A stretch of 60,551 nt of DNA, counting the filler, from Catajapyx aquilonaris (lineage: Eukaryota): assembly GCA_000934665.2 (NCBI GenBank). It is 3 parts of 3 records of this genome, joined end to end, with 100 filler letters (N's around TTAATTAATTAA, not from the genome) between each part and the next. Parts side by side here need not be neighbours in the genome. Positions count along the whole stretch, not along the records: positions 40,503 to 60,551 come from KZ539519.1; 2 more parts are not named here. One strand, written 5' to 3'. Each line of letters starts with the position of its first letter. Position 1 is the first letter of the stretch. Below are positions 52,267 to 60,551 of this stretch, piece after piece. The notes under the pieces were generated by a model. That model worked only from the letters and a program-made list of their open reading frames with translations. It ran no database searches and was not told the origin of the DNA. The translations under genes were made by a program, and so were the position numbers.

Positions 52267-54182
52267 GCTGCTTTGCTGTTCACCTTCTCCATACACACTA
52301 CTGGATGACAACAAAGTGTTAAAAACACATGCCTAAGCTGTCAAACGAGAGTGCCCATGTGGCCAATAGCATACTTGACAAGAAGCTGACAGGTCCGACG
52401 ATGTATTCACAGTGAGTTGAGCACAATGTTGCAGGCTACGCCTCCATTTCCTCAGGCAGGCTATAATATATGGGTGGAAACTGGATGGATAGATGGATGG
52501 GTAGGTTTCAGGTTACATGTGCAGAGGCATCATTGACAGCAGCTGCACCAGATCAACCAGACCGACGACAACAACCGAAGCTGATGAGACTGACATCATC
52601 ACGAAACAGGTGCTGCGGTCCACATGGGAAAGATAACACAGTCAAGATTGTCTATGCAGAAAAAAGATATAGCGACTAACTACCGGCCACAATGGCCGTG
52701 ACACGACATGAGCTGAACTGCAGTGACGTGAGTACTTTCGTACTCCCAAAAACCGGAGACGGCCAAAAACGATCTGCTTACTGCTTACTGTTGAGCATTC
52801 ACCAAAGATACGCCGCGTACACATTATAATATAGAAACCGTACGCTTCAGCCGATAAGTTCGCCACCCACCACCAGAGCTAATCCGGTAGCTGCAACGGG
52901 TAGACTCTGGAATCTTATGTGTATCTAGAAGCTAGAACTAGAACGGGACGGGAGCACCGTGGATGGGACCGTTCACCGTTGATGGGACTGTGGGAGAATG
53001 GTAAAGGTGGGGCGATGATGGGGCAAAGCGGGCAAAGCGTGGGACAACGTGTGGCATAGCTCACCTGGTGCCTTCCTAACGAACTATACTCTCACATCCC
53101 TCAATCCCGCACGCCTCAATAATGAAATAAGACATAACATGATTCCGAAAGGGACCAAGTTGTGTCAAAATGAAAACAAACTCTATTATGGCATTATAAC
53201 TTATTATTTTCGGGTGTGGAGAGGACATGGGACTCTCACATCAACGACTATGGTCGTCGACCTCTCTTGCCACTTTTAATGACTGGGAATCTGCAGACTC
53301 CCCTATCAAGCACCCGCGGTCGACAGAACTGTCCGGTGGTGTGCAGTATGAAAACCATATTCTCTCTTCATAATGTGAGAGAAAATGTCCCTGCCGTGTT
53401 ATGTGCCATAGTGGTTTTGGTTTCCTTCTTCCTGTGGCTCTCCTCAAATCTGATTCGTGAATCAAAAAGTCGACAAAAAGTGACATCTTCAACTTTAACC
53501 ATGGAATCATGACGTGCCTGAAAGTGACGTTAACTTTGACATGGGGTCTTTAATTAGGACCCCATCCATATTTTAATTTTTATCAATTTTTATATAATAT
53601 ACTTTTCAATGTATTGACTCATGCAATCATTCTTTGAACAATGCCAAAAATGATCGCTAATCATAATCTATATTTTAGTTCGTTTGGGGGTTTGTTTGTC
53701 CTATAGAAATCCAGGGGAACGCCCCTACATCGCCTTAAACTAGCTCATTGGGGTTTACATTTTTCAATGAATTTATATGCCGCATGTTTCAGCTTCCGAA
53801 AATGAACCTAACTCCCACAACACGCATATTCCCGAATCTTCTCACTACTCGGTCCTCAACAATTAACATAATTATATCAACATCTATAACAACAACAACA
53901 ACAACAATTTATCTTTTCCCAAGTTCGCAATCCCATGGATATGCAATTATGCAACAATACATAGCAAATTAATGCATTTCCATTGCATCTACACATATAT
54001 CTTGTGCCTCTATTTTTTTACATCCCATCGCCGTAAATTATTCAACGCATCCGCCAATTACGCTAATTGGCCACCTCACATGAGTTCGTATGGTATGGTC
54101 ATTCTGGCATTTTGTGAGATTTGAAATTAGACTTCCAAACACAAATAAATACAAAAAATACAGTTTTTACAAAAATTACTAA

Positions 54183-54308
54183 GGGCCGGGTTCACCGAGC
54201 TCAGTATATGATAAAAATAGGGTTCTTTCGCAAAATCCCTATCTATTTGTATGGATTTTCCTAAAGAAACCTGGTTTTATCATATACCAAGCTCGGTGAA
54301 ACCGGCCC
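54183..54308. mobile_element. PIF/Harbinger (Tourist-like) MITE
   Basis: TAA|GGGCCGGGTTCACCGAGCT ... AGCTCGGTGAAACCGGCCC|TAA. Confidence 0.85.
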
Positions 54309-55207
54309 TAAGTGTTGAAAACAAAATTTCCCACCAGTACATTTTTAAAGTTCTTCAGGGCAAACATATGGGACGAGGTGGGGGTGTGAGGTGGGGTTGA
54401 GGGATGAAGGGGTCAAATGTTCTGGAAAAAAAACAAAAAAACATGGCTGTTCAGTCTTTTCCCTGGGCAAACTCTGTCTGCAATCCTCATTTTACACATC
54501 CAATCAGCATATCTGTGTCTACTATATGCTATAAGAGAAGCAGGTAATATATCACAGCATGGGCGTAGCCAGGATTTAGGTTGGGGGGGGGNNNNNNNNN
54601 NNNNNNNNNNNNNNNNNNNNNNNNNNNNNNNNNNNNNNNNNNNNNNNNNNNNNNNNNNNNNNNNNNNNNNNNNNNNNNNNNNNNNNNNNNNNNNNNNNNN
54701 NNNNNNNNNNNNNNNNNNNNNNNNNNNNNNNNNNNNNNNNNNNNNNNNNNNNNNNNNNNNNNNNNNNNNNNNNNNNNNNNNNNNNNNNNNNNNNNNNNNN
54801 NNNNNNNNNNNNNCCCCCCCCCCCCCCAAAAAAAAAGAAAAAAAAACTTGTGCGGTGTCCGGCACTGGGCAGAACAGAGGCGAATATAAACCTGTTGCTT
54901 GAGATAGTGGAATATTCGAACAAGAATTGGTCTTCTAATACTTTCAAGCCATTCTCTTTCTTATAATGCAGCAAGCAATTTGGAAATAATAATATCTATC
55001 TATTATCTATAGTTCTATACCTATCTATCAAGCCATTCTGGACACGAAGCCATCATCGCATGTCATGCTCAAATTCTCTTTATCACATTTTAAAAAATCA
55101 GTCTGTTTGTTTTGACTAGCCCTCATAGAATCATCATGCTTTGTTTTTTTTTTTTTTTTGCTCTATGTCATTTGGCAGCACAAAGCTAAATGTCACAAAC
55201 AGATGAA

Positions 55208-55426
55208 CTAAAAATATTTCACATCAGGATGATGGTTTTTCCAGTGGACCATCAGTTTTCGCTGGTTATGATACTCCTTCCTGCAATAGGAGGAATTGAA
55301 ACACTTCATTGCATTAAGCAAATCATAATGCCTAATGGCCTTTAATGGCACTATCATGGACAAGTCTTCGATCTTCCTTGGCGACAGAAAATATTCTGCT
55401 GATCCCCATTGTTCTGGCTCCTTCAC
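55208..55426 (-). CDS. Candidate terminal exon of an unidentified gene, ending in a C2H2-like motif
   Basis: Strong acceptor TCTCTTCATTTCAG|GTG. 72 open codons to TAG, ending CFNSSYC-RKEYHNQRKLMV-HWKNHH. Upstream exons not identified. Confidence 0.4.
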   Translation of the reverse strand: MKEPEQWGSAEYFLSPRKIEDLSMIVPLKAIRHYDLLNAMKCFNSSYCRKEYHNQRKLMVHWKNHHPDVKYF

Positions 55427-55713
55427 CTGAAATGAAGAGACTCAAAGTTGTCATATCAACTCTGTCACACCCTATGGTTAAAACTAACAAATATTTTGGA
55501 AAATGAGGTTTCTCAGCATTGAGAATGTCAGATGAATCACAACCTAACCTAAGTTTTCAGGAGAGCAATGTGAAATCTTTTGAGTGCAGCCCTTTGGTGC
55601 AGCCCCTTACCATTTCATTTCCCTATCACACTCTTAATACTTATTTAACCAATTTGTTCCCAAGGTTGATCTACTTATGACATTTTAATAATATTTTAAG
55701 TAATGTGTTAGAA

Positions 55714-56632
55714 TAGTCCGGGCCCTAAGCGTCTTAACCTTGCACTTTGTGATAAGAAGGTGCCACTTGGCACATATGTTCCTTAGGCCTATAGGAGCAA
55801 TTCCAGAGTTGCAGGCAACTGATCGGCCCCTTAGGTCACGAGTTATGCGGTGTTGCCAACATGGCCTGGGATGACATGAGCGTAAAACGTTGCATTTTGT
55901 GATAAGAAGGTACCGCTTGGCACATATGTTCCCTAGGCCTGTAGGAGTCGTTTGAGACATGGCGGCACTTGATCGGCTCCTTAGGTCAGGAGTTATGCGG
56001 TGTTGCCAACCTGGTCCTGGACCTAAGCGTTTTGAACAATTTTTAACTTTGTATTTTGGGATTTTGGCAAGCATGTTCCCCAGGCCTAGAGGTTCCATTT
56101 GAGAGTTGGTGGCACCTGATCTGCCCCTTAGGTCACGAGTTATGCGGTTATGCTTAGGTTCCGGACCAGGTTGGCAACACCGCATAACCCGTGACCTAAG
56201 GGGCCGATCAGTTGCCTGCAACTCTGAAATTGCTCCTATAGGCCTAAGGAACATATGTACCAAGTGGCACCTTCTTATCCCAGAATGCAAAGTTCCAAAC
56301 GGTTCAAAACGCTTAGGTCCAGGACCAGGTTGGCAACACCGCATAACTCCTGACCTAATAAGGAGCCGATCAAGTGCCGCCATGTCTCAAACGACTCCTA
56401 CAGGCCTAGGGAACATATGTGCCAAGCGGTACCTTCTTATCACAAAATGCAACGTTAAAAACACTCAGGTACGTCATCCCAGGCCATGTTGGCAACACCG
56501 CATAACTCGTGACCTAAGGGCCTGCAACTCTGGAATTGCTCCTATAGGCCTAAGGAACATATGTGCCAAGTGGCACCTTCTTATCCCAAAATGCAAGGTT
56601 AGGCATGATTTTTGCGCTTAGGGCCCGGACTA
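55714..56632. mobile_element. Academ-like non-autonomous fold-back element built from about 145-165-bp subrepeats
   Basis: GAA|TAGTCCGGGCCCTAAGCG ... CGCTTAGGGCCCGGACTA|GAA (TAG...CTA termini, 3-bp TSD). Unit GGCAACACCGCATAACTC.TGACCTAAG...GGAACATATGTGCCAAG repeated in both arms. Confidence 0.8.
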
Positions 56633-56711
56633 GAAGGCAGAAACTGAGATAGAAAAAAATAGTTCAGCGTAAAATTTCAATTACAACAGAAGTTACAAGG
56701 CATCCTATATA

Positions 56712-57156
56712 CAAGGTGAAGGGAAACTCACGTATAATCGCCAGGTATACTGATAGTACTCGCAAAACTGTTATAGGGATGTGCAATGATATTTTGGCTC
56801 CATTGCGTAGTTAATGCATACAGCGCCTTTAAAGTGTAGAGGGCCGGTTGATAAAATATGAGGCAAAAACGACAAAGTGCACGGGTGTCGTACCCGGATT
56901 CTTATTCCGATGGGATTTGATCACCTATAATTGCACATGGACGATGTGTAAGGACCCAAGCTGTATTGTTCGGAGGCCCTCGAGCTGACTTTTACTTCTT
57001 AGAAGATGGCAGAACGGATGTGACGTCATGAAGCTTTGACGGCGCCATATGCATTAATTATGCAACGGTGCCCAAAACTAATTGCACATTCCTATATTAG
57101 TTTTGCGAGTACTACAGGTCTACCTGGTGATTATACGCAAGTTTCCCTTCACCCTG
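56712..57156. mobile_element. Tc1/mariner-type MITE
   Basis: TA|CAAGGTGAAGGGAAACT ... AGTTTCCCTTCACCCTG|TA, with arms of about 60-110 bp. Confidence 0.8.
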
Positions 57157-58390
57157 TATAGGATGCTAGAGCAATCCGTCTATACTTTTCTCTCCACTCA
57201 TTGTTTTGTCACGTGGGTTTTTCACCCAACTTTAATGTCGTTTAAGGTTCGAATAATCTGGGTAAAGCTGTATTAAAATGTGATTTTAATGTGATGTATA
57301 TTTGCAACGATCTCTTTAAGTTATCCCAATACAGGGTTACAATGATACTGACGTTATGACTGTTCTAAGTTCTAATGTTCAAGTTAAAGCCAATTGTCAA
57401 ACAACGTTGCCTCAGCAAATGCCTGGCCAAATGACAGCCTCACGGGTTAAATCGGAGCGGCTACATTCTTATTCGTGAGCCCTAGCCAGCGCCCAGGAAC
57501 TGTCTTGTCCTGTGCATAAGTTATCCTTATATGTTGGACTGTGCATGACAATATGAGGAAACCCTCCTATTGCACAAGCAAAGTCAGCTTGTTTTGCCCA
57601 ATGTGGCAAGACTAATACTCGTGGGACTCTTTGCAAAATCCACTTGCAACAGTTTCACTTTACATGCAATGCAATGTGGCATTCTCACATTGAATGGTGC
57701 AGTGCTGGTAGCAATGATGGAATCATATTTATCCCAATAATTCAGGTATTTCAGCTCATTATATCTAGTTTCATAAATTTTTCGAAGGCCTTTCTCTTTT
57801 GTCATCTCAGAAAGTATGGGTCCCAAGTTGCATTATGTAAGACTATGGCTATACAGGGTGATCTAAAATACTTCTCCGATTGCTGTGGTTGTTGTTGGCA
57901 CTAATCTACATAATTTAAGCAGTTACTTTAATGGCTATCAAAAGTATTAGTGGATTGTAGGACACTATTGTTTCCCTTGCTGCCATTCACCTCTCATAAA
58001 GGACAATAATGTAAATGTTTTATGGTAGCTTCCCACAACCTTTCTTGCACAGTGATCCACTGTATTTATTTTTCAAAGCTGTAGAAGTATTTATAATTCA
58101 AGGAAATAGTTACTCAATCGCGCCAGTTCTGAAATTGGCAAAATTAGGGCTGATGCATTCACTGAAATGTGATGTATCTGCATTCTACCACTAGATTAGA
58201 CTTTCATGAAGTGGTTCAGCTTGCTTATTCTGTGATTTATATGCACAACTTCAAGAATTATTTTTTTCCCCCAACCATCCTATATATAGGACGCTGGAAA
58301 CAAATGGGTTAACCTCTGATGTGACTTAAGATCAAGAACTTCCTTTACATCAGATTTATGCAACAACATGTACACATTATACTGTATAAT

Positions 58391-59057
58391 TGATAATAAT
58401 CATAATCATAATCATAATCATGGTAGTGCTTAGACCTTAGACCCATCTTGGGGTAATGCACGGGCCTTTATTTTTTACGTAATGTACACTTGTACACAGC
58501 GGCGGATTTCCTATTAGGCACAGTAGACACTGGCCTAGGGGCGGCCGCAAATTGCAATAAATAATATTTCTCAAATACAATAATAGGAAATTAAGGTGAG
58601 ATCACAAAGAAAATCGTATTTTTGAGAGCTTGATTTACCACTACAGGCAGAAAAGGTAATTACCGAATGGCGGCCATAACTTTCAATATAATATTTTAAA
58701 ATAAAATAACATTAAATGAAGGAGAGAAAACAATATTTTTTTTTGCATTTTTAAGCATCAGGCAGGGGGGGNGGTAAATCCAGCGCTGCTTGTACATGGT
58801 TGGAACCTTTCGCGAAGCATCCAGACCCACAGGCAGGGATGAGTGGGAGGGGATGTGCAATGTGCTGTGCAATGTCTCAAATGCTACATTTTGTGAACTC
58901 CCCGGGTGGTTAGTCTCAAGGAATATCCCACCCGAGACAAAGCCAGAGACGACCCAACTCTGCACGAGATGAAGGGGGGAAAGCCCGGGCTTGGGATAGA
59001 ACCCGTGACCCTTACACTTGTGAGCACGAACATTACCATAGCGCCACTCCGCCTCCC
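58391..59057 (-). mobile_element. SINE family C, copy 3, interrupted by a hAT MITE
   Basis: Head GGGAGGCGGAGTGGCGCTATGGTAA..GGTTCTATCCC. (ATCATA)n tract at about 58398-58421 followed by GGTAGTGCTT, as in copy 2. Confidence 0.75.
58497..58788. mobile_element. hAT MITE
   Basis: CAGCGGCGGATTT ... AAATCCAGCGCTG. 8-bp TSD CTTGTACA at 58489-58496 and 58789-58796. Confidence 0.85.
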
Positions 59058-59421
59058 TATTCTGTATTATGTAATGTAGTAAATCCATAATTTCCAACCA
59101 TAATAAATGCAGTAGGGTAAAGTGGGGCAAGTGCAGACAGATTTAGATTAGTTGCAGTTTAAAGGCATGCTACTTCCTCAGTAATTAGCAAGTGAGAAAA
59201 AAAGTAATAGACAATAGAGTCTACCTTACCTTATTGACTTTCAAAATGGCCTATTTCACAACATTCATATATGTCGGTGTTACAAAAAATAATTAAATGC
59301 ACGTGGTGCTGCACAGTCCCGCATTTGCCTCGCGTCATATGGTAAGTGCAATTGTGGAATTCTCTCAGAGTAATAAACATTGTTCGGGTTGCATAAGACT
59401 AGCGCAACAAAGGCACAAACA

Positions 59422-60452
59422 GGCAATTCCATGTGAACGTGATCACCTTTTGCACGAAAAAATTTGCCCGTCGATGAGTGTGAGATATGTTTGAGTCCAT
59501 GTCAAGTTATGACCTTTCCCATAAGGATTTGGTCCGCTGATGCGTGGTTGCCTATCTACAGGCGCTAATTGCACTTGGATCACAGTTAGAGGCGCCCCCC
59601 TATTACATTTACATGACAACGTAAATGCATGATGTAATACATGTTTCATGTGTGAAATTGTCTCCTCTTTCCAACAAAAATAGTCACTTTCCGCTAGCTG
59701 TGCAAATTCATGTTAAAATGCGACATTTTTGCAAACAAATGACATTTTCAAAAAAAACAGCCAAAGTCAAATGTCATAACATTGATATCAAAATACACCT
59801 CACAGTGTCCTCTATCAGTGGTACAAACGGAATTTTGGAATACGAAATGGTTACGGAGCTATAGGTACTGACGTGGAGCGCTGCGCTAGTGGCCCCACCC
59901 GCTGAATGAAAATGAGCGGCCCACCTAGGTCCGTCTTCATGTCTCAGGTAGTGTACGCTTGTCCTTTGTGTTTAATTCACTTAATAATATAGTTAATGTA
60001 GTTATAGTTTTAATATACCGGGTATCTAGAAATAGTTCCAAATAAATATTTGGTCCGCTACTGGGCAATTCCACGTGAACATGATCACCTTTTGCACAAA
60101 AAAATCTGGCCATCGATAAGTGTCAAAGTGTGAGGAGATATGTGTAGGTCCATGTTAGAACGTTTCGCATAAGAACTTGGTCCCCTGATGCGTGGTTGCC
60201 TCTCTACAGGCGTAAATTATTGTACTTTGATCACATTTACACGACAATGTAAATGCTTGATATGATACAAGTTTCATGTGTGAAATTGTCTCCTCTTTTC
60301 GACAAAAATGCTAACTTCCTGACAGATGTGCAAATTCATGGCAAAAAGCGAGAATTTTGCAAACAAATGAAATTTTCGAAACGAAAGCCAAAGTTAAATA
60401 CCATCAGTCATCACATTGCTATCAAAAAATTCCTCATAGTGTCCTCTATCAG
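59422..60452 (+). repeat. Two direct copies of an approximately 400-bp repeat, probably one transposon end
   Basis: 59422-59820 and 60063-60452 share GGCAATTCCA(T/C)GTGAAC.TGATCACCTTTTGCAC, CTGATGCGTGGTTGCC, GTTTCATGTGTGAAATTGTCTCCTCTT and AGTGTCCTCTATCAG. Confidence 0.75.
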
Positions 60453-60551
60453 CCATATCCTCCTGAGACCCGGCGTCCAGTATACTGGACATCTGGAAAA
60501 GTTTTTTTGGCGCCAACTAGTGATGCCAACAGAACTGTAATTTGTTGGTAT

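Noticed and set aside
52581..52622. Hammerhead-like words CTGATGAG...CGAAAC...GTC near the PPP1R21 5' region
   Set aside because: Stems II and III pair poorly and I find no stem I complement. An Infernal search with hammerhead models would settle it.
55685..56621. ORFs of 232 aa and 171 aa
   Set aside because: Both are translations of the same subrepeats in opposite arms of a fold-back element, with no domain-like content.

Overview
Repeat-rich eukaryotic genomic DNA, probably arthropod (inferred from the gene and SINE types). It is not one continuous locus. Two identical 100-bp linkers (N44-TTAATTAATTAA-N44) at 20112-20211 and 40403-40502 split it into three segments of about 20 kb that look artificially concatenated. 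Segment 1 holds a tRNA-Leu(TAG), a complete 1.1-kb non-autonomous LTR element (TRIM-like), Helitron-like elements, SINEs and nested DNA transposons, but no convincing host gene. Segment 2 holds the first 9 coding exons (about 424 codons) of a CSAD/GAD-like PLP-dependent decarboxylase on the + strand, with an atypical PLP-lysine motif (VDLHK instead of WNPHK). Segment 3 holds the first 13 coding exons (603 codons) of PPP1R21 on the - strand and an orphan exon with a C2H2-like motif. The rest is at least three tRNA-derived SINE families and MITEs of Tc1/mariner, hAT, piggyBac, PIF/Harbinger, Kolobok, Academ and Chapaev type. I found no clear new multi-gene system. The best leads are recurrent fold-back Tc1/mariner derivatives carrying the same transposase fragment in both arms, the altered decarboxylase motif, the TRIM-like element and the V-domain SINE. 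All calls are by eye, with no database search.
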